In this document: positions 40,869 to 50,249 of the stretch, piece by piece
Numbering within the stretch: position 1 is the first letter of the stretch
Layout of the letters: every line of letters starts with the position of its first letter
Assembly (NCBI GenBank): GCA_034439575.1
Contig: JAWXAQ010000033.1
Coordinates: 64,001 to 128,000, forward strand
Direction of reading: 5' to 3'
Source: Leptospira sp.
GTDB taxonomy: Bacteria; Spirochaetota; Leptospiria; Leptospirales; Leptospiraceae
DNA length: 64,000 nt
Notes under the pieces: generated by a model
What the model was told of the DNA's origin: nothing
The model's database searches: none
What the model saw: the letters and a program-made list of their open reading frames with translations, nothing else
Made by a program: the position numbers and the translations under genes

Positions 40869-41873
40869 CTATCTTGTGATGACTATGGATTGTATCACTT
40901 TGCCTTGTGAATTGTCTTCGTAAATCACTTCCGCTTTCAAGGAACGCATCGGCCAATACAATTGTATGGCTTCAATAAATTCGTAAGCCTTAATCGAATA
41001 ATCGAGTATGGTTACGATGAGGCTTAGATCAATAAACCTTTCTCTTTGAACTTTTTTAATTTCAGTATCTTTAGACGCGATAAGCCATTTATAAATACGA
41101 GTGGATCTATTGGCGGTGAGCAAATGGTCTAAATCCAATTTTGCCTGAGGCAATTCTGCTTTCACTTGATCAAATTTTACTTCAATGGGTAGGTTTTTGT
41201 TTTTTAAATTTTCTAGTTTTTTTGATAACTGTAAATCGAAAGTATCGTCGTCAACATACTGTAAGGTGTCACAAGTGGAATAAACGGTATCACATAAATT
41301 GCCATAACTTCTATGAAAAAAGAAAATTAGCATAATATCGTGGGTTGTTGGATGATATAATACCTTTGCATTATATTTTTCTAAACGTCCAAATACAATA
41401 TAAGATCTCATCCTTTTGAATATATTATAAGAAATACCAATGATATCACTAAACATGGGAACTTCAGTAAGTCCAAAACCTCTATAACCTATGTAATATG
41501 GTTCAAAGCCCACATTTCCACTGCGTTTTGAAATTTCACGAAAATATTCGAGAAATGGTTCTAGTTTAGGGTCATCGATTTTAATTTTTGGTGAAGTCAC
41601 TTCGATAAGAACTTTGCCTGAATTTTTACCAAGTTCTTCCCATATTTTGTCTACGGTTTTGGTTTCTCCGTCATACTCATATTTTATACAGGAATCATAA
41701 CATGAAATTTGTTCTTCATACTTGGCTTTGTTTGGTGAGGGGAGAGTATTTGCAATGAAATCGCTATCAAAATTATCGGAAGAAGTATCTTTTTTTGATT
41801 GTGAATATATAGGAGAGATAAGGGAGAAAATAATTAAATAAAAGAGAATTTGTAAAAGTTTAAAGTTCACCAT
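40869..41873 (-). CDS. Exported hypothetical protein
   Basis: 334-aa ORF with signal peptide; its start overlaps the end of the GT9 gene. Confidence 0.75.
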   Translation of the reverse strand: MVNFKLLQILFYLIIFSLISPIYSQSKKDTSSDNFDSDFIANTLPSPNKAKYEEQISCYDSCIKYEYDGETKTVDKIWEELGKNSGKVLIEVTSPKIKIDDPKLEPFLEYFREISKRSGNVGFEPYYIGYRGFGLTEVPMFSDIIGISYNIFKRMRSYIVFGRLEKYNAKVLYHPTTHDIMLIFFFHRSYGNLCDTVYSTCDTLQYVDDDTFDLQLSKKLENLKNKNLPIEVKFDQVKAELPQAKLDLDHLLTANRSTRIYKWLIASKDTEIKKVQRERFIDLSLIVTILDYSIKAYEFIEAIQLYWPMRSLKAEVIYEDNSQGKVIQSIVITR

Positions 41874-42922
41874 AATGTGTTCACATTCTGCAAAACCCGG
41901 ATCCGCCGAACAACATCTAGAGGATCAATCAGTTCCATACAAGCATGGTCTCCTCGCCAACATTTTACATTTCCATAAATAGAACATGGTCTGCAAGCTA
42001 GTTCAACTTGTAAAACTCCAGTATCCTCTTGTGCGAAAGGACCGAATCCAGAAATAGGATGTGTGGTTCCAAAAATTCCAATGACGGGTTTTTTTAATAG
42101 TGCCGCTATATGAACGTTAGATGAATCCATACCCACCATTAGGTCGAGTCGTTCCATGATCCCAAGTTCACCGCGAATTCCTAAATGTGCACCTTGTACT
42201 ATGTTAACTCTTTTTTCACCATTTTTAATGATTTCTAATTCGGGAAACTCATCTTTGCCGCCAAATAAAAATATATAACAATCTGAAAATTCTTCCAGTA
42301 AGATTTTTGTGAGTTGTTTAGATTTTTCAAAATTCCATTCTTTGAGTGCATGTCCTGCGAAGGGAGCAAATCCAAACCATTGCCCTTCCTTTTTATCAAG
42401 ACCTATCGATTTGAAATATTCTTTGGCAAAAATTTTTGATTCACCATCAACATTTAACCAAGGCCCTTTTCGAATGGGGGCTTCAAATCCGGCTTTTTTA
42501 AATACATTCAGATAACGATCTACAGTATGAGGTAGTTTTTCTAATTTTTTATTGAATCTTCTTGTTTGGAGTGATTTTTCCCTACGACCTTTGATGATTT
42601 TAAAAGATGGGACATTCTTCATCCAAAACAAAAATGAAATCATACGTGAACGTACGGAACCATGTAAGTCGATGATTTTATTAAATGGTCCAAGCTTTTG
42701 AATGTCGCGAAAGAGTTTCAATACTCCAAAAGGACCTTTGTATTTTTTTAAATTGATTCCTATGACATTCACGTTTGGAATATTATAAAAAAATGGTGTG
42801 AAATTCCCTCGTGTAACTACAGTTAATTGAACATTAGAATATTTCGCAGCTAAAGCAATCAAGGCGGGCGTTGTCAATGCGACATCACCCATTGCGGAAA
42901 ATCGCATGACAAGTAAATTCAT
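41867..42922 (-). CDS. GT9 glycosyltransferase (ADP-heptose:LPS heptosyltransferase family)
   Basis: RFSAMGDV, IDLH, DSSNVHIAA and CRPCS.YG motifs. Confidence 0.92.
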   Translation of the reverse strand: MNLLVMRFSAMGDVALTTPALIALAAKYSNVQLTVVTRGNFTPFFYNIPNVNVIGINLKKYKGPFGVLKLFRDIQKLGPFNKIIDLHGSVRSRMISFLFWMKNVPSFKIIKGRREKSLQTRRFNKKLEKLPHTVDRYLNVFKKAGFEAPIRKGPWLNVDGESKIFAKEYFKSIGLDKKEGQWFGFAPFAGHALKEWNFEKSKQLTKILLEEFSDCYIFLFGGKDEFPELEIIKNGEKRVNIVQGAHLGIRGELGIMERLDLMVGMDSSNVHIAALLKKPVIGIFGTTHPISGFGPFAQEDTGVLQVELACRPCSIYGNVKCWRGDHACMELIDPLDVVRRIRVLQNVNTLW

Positions 42923-43530
42923 GTTTTCTGTTTGTATAAAGAGGGATTCAAGTTTTGGTCATTATACATTTTCATTTGACGATATACCTTGACTCTTTTG
43001 TCGCCATTTTGATAATCTAACAAAAGTTCATCTAAACATACTTTCAAATCAGATCGCTGCTCTAATAAAATATTTAGTTTGTCCTGGCATTTTAAAATAT
43101 GTTCTTTTGTGGCGGCTGTATCCTTTCTATTTACTTGTTCTTCCATATGATAAATCTTTAATTCAAGAATACTCATTCTATCGAGTAACCAAGCTGGAGA
43201 TTCTGAATTAAGTTTAGCATTTGGTTTGGGGCTTATGTTTTTGAATAGTTCGATGACAAAATCATCTAACTTTTCGACCATATCCGTTCTTTCCTGATTC
43301 AGTTTATCTATTTTTCTTTTAAGAGATACCACATCTTCCAAGGCTATATTGGGACTACGAATATCGTCCTCGATATGCCATTGGATGGTGTCGATGTGGT
43401 TTTTCTGATACAAGGTATTTTCTAAAGTATTTTCAGGATAAGGATTTGGATGGGGAGCCTCTTTTTTATGCCAGTCAATAACGGAAGTTTGAAAGATAGA
43501 GACAGCTTTGTTTGCATCGAGTTTCATCAT
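42919..43530 (-). CDS. DUF4254-family protein
   Basis: IDTIQWHIED.IR, KRKIDKLNQERTD.VE, ESPAW.LDR.SI and YRQMKMYND; ATGA overlap with the GT9 gene. Confidence 0.85.
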   Translation of the reverse strand: MMKLDANKAVSIFQTSVIDWHKKEAPHPNPYPENTLENTLYQKNHIDTIQWHIEDDIRSPNIALEDVVSLKRKIDKLNQERTDMVEKLDDFVIELFKNISPKPNAKLNSESPAWLLDRMSILELKIYHMEEQVNRKDTAATKEHILKCQDKLNILLEQRSDLKVCLDELLLDYQNGDKRVKVYRQMKMYNDQNLNPSLYKQKT

Positions 43531-43669
43531 TTTCTCTTTTTTCAGTATTCTTTGTTCGATGTATCTTAATTCAATCGAAATATTTTGGAACTGGAAACCT
43601 TTTCTTTTCTGCCATATGAAAATTTACTTATAATTTGACAGCTTTCACTTAAATATCATGATTTCTACA

Positions 43670-44458
43670 ATGTGTTTAGTACTCTTTGCAAAAGACCATT
43701 GGGACTCATACCCAATGATTATCGCCGCGAATCGTGACGAATTTTTTGAACGTGCGGCAAGGCCTGCGCACTTTTGGGAAGAGGCTCCCCATCTTTTGGC
43801 CGGCCGCGATCTAACTTCATTTGGCACATGGTTAGGTGTTACAAAACAAGGTCGAATCTCTTTTGTTACTAACAAGCGTGATATGAGAGAGAAAAAGTTG
43901 GCTGCACCCATTTCTCGAGGAAAACTTGTAGAAAATTTTCTAAAGTCAAATTTTACACCAAGTGAATATGTTGAACTTTTAGAAAAAGACCTTCAAAAAT
44001 ACGAAGGATTTAATCTTTTTGTTTCGGATTTAAATGCAAACATTTATATTTCAAATAAACATTCAATGCCAACTAAGATCGAAAGTGGAGTGCACACACT
44101 TAGCAATGCACTTTGGAATACATCTTGGCCAAAAACAGAAAAAATTAAATTAGACTATTTGGAACTCTATAAAAATAATCAAACCAATGCTATTTTTCCA
44201 ATAGAATCTTTTTTTGAAATACTTTCCGATACCTCCCTCGGTTCAGAAAATCAACTGCCAGATACGGGAATTGGAATCGAAAGGGAAAAGTTACTTTCTT
44301 CGATTCGCATTTCTCTTCCTGGATATGGAACGCGCGTTAGCACAGTGATTGCGATTACTAAAGAGAACGAATGTAGTTTTTGGGAGAAAACGTATCCGAC
44401 ACCAACTTCAAGTGGCGGACCGACAGTTCATTTTAAATTCAAAATAGAGAAAAGGTAG
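43670..44458 (+). CDS. NRDE/TANGO2 family protein
   Basis: M-CL N-terminus, AANRDEFFER, GTWLG, SRG.LV, GFNL and YGTR.ST. Confidence 0.92.
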   Translation: MCLVLFAKDHWDSYPMIIAANRDEFFERAARPAHFWEEAPHLLAGRDLTSFGTWLGVTKQGRISFVTNKRDMREKKLAAPISRGKLVENFLKSNFTPSEYVELLEKDLQKYEGFNLFVSDLNANIYISNKHSMPTKIESGVHTLSNALWNTSWPKTEKIKLDYLELYKNNQTNAIFPIESFFEILSDTSLGSENQLPDTGIGIEREKLLSSIRISLPGYGTRVSTVIAITKENECSFWEKTYPTPTSSGGPTVHFKFKIEKR

Positions 44459-44462
44459 CTTA

Positions 44463-45116
44463 ATGGAAGCTAGTTGGAATAGAGCAATAGATTACGCGAC
44501 TATAAAACATTTTGGGCAAAAAAGAATCGGGGGTGAGCCATATATCACTCATCCGATTGCGGTCGCAGATTATTTAAGATCTAAGGGCTTTGGTTTGGAT
44601 TTTCAATTAGCAGGTTTGTTCCATGATTTAATGGAAGATACAAATGCCACATTACGTGAAATAACTGATCTTTCTAATTTTGAAGTGGCAGAAGTTGTGC
44701 AATTGTTGACTAAAAATAAAGGTATCAATTTAGAAACGTATCTAGATAAGATTTCAAAAAATAAAATGGCTTTGATTGTGAAAATTGCAGATCGCATACA
44801 TAATTTAAGACAAGCCAAGATAGCGGATTTAACATTTCGACAAAAATATATAGCAGAGAGTATGAACTATTATTTTATTCCTGCGATTTTGAGTCCTTTT
44901 TATAAGGATTTTAGAGAGGCATTGGATCAATTACACAACACCATCACTGAGGAATTTTTTTGCAAAGGATGCAAGTTGTGGCATCACTTTGATGATGGAG
45001 TGGTTTTATTTACGAAAGATAATCTTCCCATGTGTAAAGCATCATTCGCTGAATATCAAAAATCTTTTCATGAATATGAGAAGTTCCTTACAAACGACGA
45101 AGAAAATATCGATTGA
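44463..45116 (+). CDS. Stand-alone RelA/SpoT-type HD hydrolase (small alarmone hydrolase/Mesh1-like)
   Basis: H.GQKR..GEPYITHP..VA, LFHDLMEDT, LLTK and VKIADRIHNL; no synthetase domain. Confidence 0.85.
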   Translation: MEASWNRAIDYATIKHFGQKRIGGEPYITHPIAVADYLRSKGFGLDFQLAGLFHDLMEDTNATLREITDLSNFEVAEVVQLLTKNKGINLETYLDKISKNKMALIVKIADRIHNLRQAKIADLTFRQKYIAESMNYYFIPAILSPFYKDFREALDQLHNTITEEFFCKGCKLWHHFDDGVVLFTKDNLPMCKASFAEYQKSFHEYEKFLTNDEENID

Positions 45117-45732
45117 TCGTATAACCTAGAATAAACACGGGAATCACAATCAAAAAATGCCATATAATAAAATGTCCAGCCGAATGATCAGGACAAAGAA
45201 AATAGATTCCCCATTCGCCGAGGACAAAGGGCACTAAGGTCACAAAGCTTATAGAATAAAAATCAGAATGAAAATATCCTTTTTTAATTTCATAATATAA
45301 AAATAGGGCAGAAAAAAGAGACATGATAGTAATTCTTGTCAAACATACGAAGTCCAAATAGGATGTATGTTTATCAATAATTTCACTCAATTCCCCTTCG
45401 TTTCCTGAAAATAATTGGAATGTTATATTGCCTATCCATAATAAAATTAGTATATTAGGAAGAAGCATATCTGAAGAATTATTTTTTCTTGGTATGTTCC
45501 GTTTGAAGATAACCCAGCTTGATGATAAAAACAATAGACCTGGAACTAACATAAAAAAATAATTGATAGGGAAGATACTTGAATCCTTTAAAAGAATTTG
45601 TATTCCTACAAAAATTACCAAAAAAGTTAGATTAATGAATACCCATGTGACCAATCGAAGTAATGGTCGCTCCAAAATTTTTATTTTTTTTAAATCATCG
45701 GAAAGAAAGTTTATAAGTTCATCTTTAGTCAT
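45088..45732 (-). CDS. NrsF/DUF1109-like membrane anti-sigma factor
   Basis: TKDELINFLSDDL start, about 6 TM segments, LCPDHSAGHFIIWH motif; overlaps the stop of the ECF sigma gene. Confidence 0.75.
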   Translation of the reverse strand: MTKDELINFLSDDLKKIKILERPLLRLVTWVFINLTFLVIFVGIQILLKDSSIFPINYFFMLVPGLLFLSSSWVIFKRNIPRKNNSSDMLLPNILILLWIGNITFQLFSGNEGELSEIIDKHTSYLDFVCLTRITIMSLFSALFLYYEIKKGYFHSDFYSISFVTLVPFVLGEWGIYFLCPDHSAGHFIIWHFLIVIPVFILGYTINRYFLRRL

Positions 45733-46270
45733 TATTCTTAACCATATCTTTTAATTTTTTATAGGCTCTATGGGCTGTAACTTTTACTGAAGATTCTGAC
45801 ATACCCAATAATTTCGAAATTTTACTAATTGGTATTCTTTCAAATTTAAGAAGTTTAACAACTATTCGTTGTTTGTTCGGAAGTTTTTCGATTAACGATA
45901 TCATTATATTTAGTTTCTCTTCATTCTCTGGAATCATAATCGTATAAGCTTCTATATCATTTTGTATAGGTGATTCGAAATCTGATTTTTTGCTATATTT
46001 GCGAATAAAATCTATGATTTTATGATTAGCTATTGCATATAACCAAGGTTCGACAGTACTTTTTGCATTGAAAGTATGGAGAGAGAGATGAACGGCGATT
46101 AAAATTTCTTGTAATACGTCTTCAATTTCAGATTGAACGTAGATTCTTTTGGATACGTATGAGTTTAGTTTATCATAAACTTTCTTTAGGAAGATTTGAT
46201 AGTCGTTTTTGTTTCCTTCCTGTGCGTTTTGAAGGAGTTTACTTAGATCTTCTTCTGGCGAATTTTCCAT
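45725..46270 (-). CDS. ECF RNA polymerase sigma factor
   Basis: EDVLQEILIAVH, PWLYAIA..K.ID..RK, LPNKQR and SESSVKVTAHRAYKKL. Confidence 0.92.
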   Translation of the reverse strand: MENSPEEDLSKLLQNAQEGNKNDYQIFLKKVYDKLNSYVSKRIYVQSEIEDVLQEILIAVHLSLHTFNAKSTVEPWLYAIANHKIIDFIRKYSKKSDFESPIQNDIEAYTIMIPENEEKLNIMISLIEKLPNKQRIVVKLLKFERIPISKISKLLGMSESSVKVTAHRAYKKLKDMVKNND

Positions 46271-46322
46271 CTAAGTTTATGAGGATAAATTAAAGTTTTA
46301 TAAAATTATAAATAGCAATGAA

Positions 46323-46366
46323 TTTGTTGTCCTTCCCTTAACCGAAATTAAGGAAAGGATAACAAA
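46323..46366. terminator. 19-bp hairpin downstream of the citrate-lyase-like gene
   Basis: TTTGTTGTCCTTCCCTTAA-ccgaaa-TTAAGGAAAGGATAACAAA with two non-Watson-Crick positions; no strong U tract. Confidence 0.6.
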
Positions 46367-46374
46367 GATTTGAA

Positions 46375-47364
46375 TTATGCGAAAAATCTTTTTTCCACTT
46401 CTTCAGGAAGTTTTTGTCCTGTGAGTTTAGCTCTTTGAACAAGTTCCCAGAAATATCTGTAAGTCGCTCTATCATGTAAGTCCCCATCGTGTTGGATTGG
46501 ACCCCAGTCTGCGTCTTGCGCTTTAATCAGAATGTCACATGCCGTTTGCGTTTCAGCAAAGTTAGGTGCCATCGCATCTAAGATTGAGTTGATTTGTGCA
46601 GGATAAATTGACCACATACGTAAAAAACCAAATTCGTCATGCGCACGTTTTGCATCTGCGTATGTTTGGTAGATATTTTTAAGATCAAGTGTTACGTTAT
46701 GTGCTGGTATCACACCATTCATAAGAGCCGCTGCCACAAGAGATGCTTTTCCTCGGCGAAGGAGTTCGTGATCGAATTGGCCCGGAGATTTCATACATGA
46801 AGCAGGGATAGCGCCATGATGCCCTGAAATAAAATCCATTAATCCAAAATCTAACACTTGTAACCATGGCATAGCTGCAATTTCGAATACTTCAGCAAGA
46901 GCTCCGTGAGTTTCAATGAGTACGTGGATTGGAATTTCTCTTTTGATTCCCGCTTTTTTGCAAGCTTCTTGGATATAAGTGATTTGTTCTTTTACTTGTG
47001 ATGCTTTTGTCGGTTTCGGGATGGTAATGTAGGCAATTACATTTCCAGCACCTGGAACTATAATGTCAACGTCGCCTCTCCAATGTTCGTTGGTATAATC
47101 ATGGATACGAACACCGCTCATTTTGTGTTTGTTGAGTTCAGAATTTTGGATGCGAACAATCATTTCTGCGTGTTCTTTTTCTTTCCCAGTTTGAGCGCCA
47201 TCTTCGCAATCCATAGTGATGTCAAAAAGACCACCCATTTTGTTTTGGAGTTCTAGGGCTTTGGTGATGAGTTTTTCGGATCCTGCGAAGTGTTCACAAG
47301 CAGGAATGATGGGGAAAGGTTTTTCTCCTGCGAAAAGTGCGGATTGCGGGTGAGTGAGTGCCAT
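46375..47364 (-). CDS. HpcH/HpaI aldolase / citrate lyase beta-subunit family protein
   Basis: DCEDGA, GVRIHD, IPKP, LIETH, FGLMDF and WSIYPAQI. Confidence 0.88.
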   Translation of the reverse strand: MALTHPQSALFAGEKPFPIIPACEHFAGSEKLITKALELQNKMGGLFDITMDCEDGAQTGKEKEHAEMIVRIQNSELNKHKMSGVRIHDYTNEHWRGDVDIIVPGAGNVIAYITIPKPTKASQVKEQITYIQEACKKAGIKREIPIHVLIETHGALAEVFEIAAMPWLQVLDFGLMDFISGHHGAIPASCMKSPGQFDHELLRRGKASLVAAALMNGVIPAHNVTLDLKNIYQTYADAKRAHDEFGFLRMWSIYPAQINSILDAMAPNFAETQTACDILIKAQDADWGPIQHDGDLHDRATYRYFWELVQRAKLTGQKLPEEVEKRFFA

Positions 47365-47526
47365 TCAAATTACCTTTATTACGGATTTTTTACCAAGTTT
47401 TGAGAAAAAAGTGACAAAGCAAGGAAGAATTGGGCGCATTTCTCATGGTCTCCTAGATCGAAAATTTGCAAGTTAGTCAATTATTTAGTGAAATTTGAAT
47501 CCGAGTGTTCATAATAAAGATCTTTT

Positions 47527-49035
47527 ATGATTCGAAATTTTCTCATCCTATGCCTTCTATTTTGTGTTTTTGAAATTTCTTTCGCCAAAGATACTTTTTC
47601 ATTTTGGAACTCAAACTCCTACGAAAAGGAAAGATTACCAGATGGTAAGATTCGAATGTATACGGAAGTAGCTGTTCTCGGCGAAACTAAAATTGTGGAG
47701 GTGATTTTCACTCCCAATGTAGAAAGTTTTGCTCCTCAGATTTTAGAGAATGCAATCCGAATCATACCGGCTGTCGCAAATTATTTACAAATTGCACCTA
47801 AACATGAGAGGTATACGATCACCCATTTAATTGATAAAAGCACTGCACGTAATGAAGGTAATACGGTGCTTGTTCCTTTCAATTACCCAGATCCAAATAA
47901 GCCTCTTCCTGTTCCACTCCTCTTTCATGAAATTGACCATTGGTGGTTTGGGCACAATCCGAGGTTTATTTCTGAAGGTGTAAGTAGTTTTTTACCAATG
48001 GCACTTGCGCAATCAGGTCATCTAACATTGACAGAAGATGAAATGATTCAAATTCAAAATTGGTGGGGATTTTTTACCCCAACCATTCTAAAAGATCGAC
48101 CGCTCGGTGACGATGATGTCAAAAATCTGAATGGAGATGAAAGTTTTTCTCTATTCTATCAAAAATCATATAAAATCCAATATATACTTTATAAAGAACT
48201 CGGAGCAGAAGGATACCTATCCTTTCTGAAATCTCTGAAAGACTTTGATTCAAGTGAGGAACACTTTGTTCAAACCGTAGAGTTGGGTCACCAAACAGAA
48301 GGGATACTTACTTTACTGAATGAAGTAAAAGCTGCCAATTGGAAACAAATTCTTTCTGGTTGGATACTCTCTAAAAATTATTCAGGTATTTCCATCAACG
48401 ATTGGTTAGATACAGACAACGATGGGCTATTAAATATTGAAGAGAAATATATTCACACCAATCATAAAATAGCCGATAGCGACAAAGATGGGTTAAATGA
48501 TGGTGCCGAGGTTCAATTAGGCACGAATCCACTGGTTATTGAATCGAAGGAAACATTTGAACGTTTATTGGAATCGAAAGGTCCAGTTCTTGATGGAAAT
48601 GTTAGTGATTGGAATTTCATAAGGAATAAAAAGACAGTCCGAGCGAATTCAAATTTAAAGATACCAGGGCATTTTGATCTGATAGAGTTTCAATACTTTC
48701 TGATGGGTGATGAATTGTATGGCGCTTTAAAAACTAGAGATTTACCAAAATTGGATGCAACAAACAAGGGTTATTACTATTTTTTTGTAGATAGTTCTGA
48801 ATCACCTAAATCGGAGGGATTTGGATTTTGGTATGGAAAAGAATTTCGAATCGGATGGGAGATTCGAAAAGAGTCTCCACCTGAAATGGTGACTGGAAAA
48901 GTTGGTGATGTATTTGAATTTAAAATTCGCATTCCAAAGAATGACCCAATACCTAAAAAATACATACCAATCATAAGAAAGACAGAAAATATAGGTATCT
49001 GGAACAATTACACTCCGATCGAAATTGAAAGATAA
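47527..49035 (+). CDS. Secreted gluzincin-type metallopeptidase with DxDxDG calcium-binding repeats
   Basis: Signal peptide; HEIDH...SEG; DTDNDGL and DSDKDGL repeats. Confidence 0.7.
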   Translation: MIRNFLILCLLFCVFEISFAKDTFSFWNSNSYEKERLPDGKIRMYTEVAVLGETKIVEVIFTPNVESFAPQILENAIRIIPAVANYLQIAPKHERYTITHLIDKSTARNEGNTVLVPFNYPDPNKPLPVPLLFHEIDHWWFGHNPRFISEGVSSFLPMALAQSGHLTLTEDEMIQIQNWWGFFTPTILKDRPLGDDDVKNLNGDESFSLFYQKSYKIQYILYKELGAEGYLSFLKSLKDFDSSEEHFVQTVELGHQTEGILTLLNEVKAANWKQILSGWILSKNYSGISINDWLDTDNDGLLNIEEKYIHTNHKIADSDKDGLNDGAEVQLGTNPLVIESKETFERLLESKGPVLDGNVSDWNFIRNKKTVRANSNLKIPGHFDLIEFQYFLMGDELYGALKTRDLPKLDATNKGYYYFFVDSSESPKSEGFGFWYGKEFRIGWEIRKESPPEMVTGKVGDVFEFKIRIPKNDPIPKKYIPIIRKTENIGIWNNYTPIEIER

Positions 49036-50079
49036 ATGATTATGAAAAAAAATAATAAAGTGACTACAAATAAAGTTAAAAATGAAAAAGAGCCTATCGA
49101 TTGGAAAGGTAAATGGGAAACAACCAAACGTGTATTAAATCAAACAAAAACCACTGGTGTATCTGTTTTAAATGGGGCAGTTGGTGACCATTTAGAAAAA
49201 TTTGATTTTCTTGCCCAGGATATGAATTTTTACCATTTAGGGTCACCCATCAATATTACTAAAGACAATTTGAAAATGATGAGAGTCGGTAATAAACTTT
49301 GTATTTTAGTTCATGGTCTTGTGAGCGACGAAACAATGTGGAAATTTCCAAGTTCGGATGATGATTATGGAAAACTTTTAGAGAATCAATTTGGATATTC
49401 ACCTTTATATGTTCGTTACAATAGCGGCAGGCATATCTCTGACAATGGCAAAGATTTAGACAAGCTAATACAATCCTTGATCTCAAATTCGACGAAGCCT
49501 ATAAAAGAAATCATTTTTATCTGCCATAGTATGGGGGGACTCGTTACACGTAGCGCCTGTTACTATGGTAGTAAATCAAAATCAAAGTGGGTTCCCTTGG
49601 TAAAACATATTTTTTTTATTGGATCTCCACATCACGGCGCCCCCTTGGAAAAATTTGGAAATGCTGTGACAACCATTCTTGATAAAATTCCAAATCCATT
49701 CACATACCTTACAAAAAAAGCGATTAACCTCCGTAGTGCGGGGATCAAAGATTTAAGATATGGATTTTTAGTAGAAGAAGATTGGAAAGGCAAAGACCCA
49801 GATAGTTTTGTCAATTCCGAAAAAAAGCACGTACCATTACTCAAACATACCAAGTATTATGTAATCACTGGCACATTGATGGAGAACCCAAATCATTTTC
49901 TTTCGGAATTTTTTGGCGATGCCATTGTAGGAAAATGGAGTGCGAAGGGTAAATCAGGAAATTCTAAATACGATCTCAGTTTTCCCGAAAAAAATATCAA
50001 AGAGTTACCTGGTATTATGCATATTAAATTAATGCATGACATTCGAGTCTTTGAACAAATTTCCAAATGGCTAAGTTAG
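49036..50079 (+). CDS. PGAP1-like alpha/beta hydrolase (lipase/esterase)
   Basis: LVHGL, RYNSG.HIS.NG, CHSMGGL, GSPHHGAPLE, GDAIV and a C-terminal His. Confidence 0.9.
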   Translation: MIMKKNNKVTTNKVKNEKEPIDWKGKWETTKRVLNQTKTTGVSVLNGAVGDHLEKFDFLAQDMNFYHLGSPINITKDNLKMMRVGNKLCILVHGLVSDETMWKFPSSDDDYGKLLENQFGYSPLYVRYNSGRHISDNGKDLDKLIQSLISNSTKPIKEIIFICHSMGGLVTRSACYYGSKSKSKWVPLVKHIFFIGSPHHGAPLEKFGNAVTTILDKIPNPFTYLTKKAINLRSAGIKDLRYGFLVEEDWKGKDPDSFVNSEKKHVPLLKHTKYYVITGTLMENPNHFLSEFFGDAIVGKWSAKGKSGNSKYDLSFPEKNIKELPGIMHIKLMHDIRVFEQISKWLS

Positions 50080-50249
50080 GTGTTTGCCTGAAAATTAAAC
50101 TATATGGGACGGCACTGTTTGCTTTAAAACGGCATTCAGAAAAAAACTAACTTAAATCAGTTTATGGATTTTTTTTTATTGTTAATGTACGGACAAGTCT
50201 TAGTTTCGCACCTAGTTGTAAAAACTATGTTAAAAATTAGGAATCGAAA

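Noticed and set aside
50108-50125. Possible sigma-54 site CGGCACTGTTTGC
   Set aside because: The GG-GC spacing is 8 nt, not the required 10.
50205-50236. dif-like site (CTATGTTAAAA resembles a XerD arm)
   Set aside because: No matching XerC arm at 6-bp spacing. The TTATGTCAGAT at 30628 fails in the same way.
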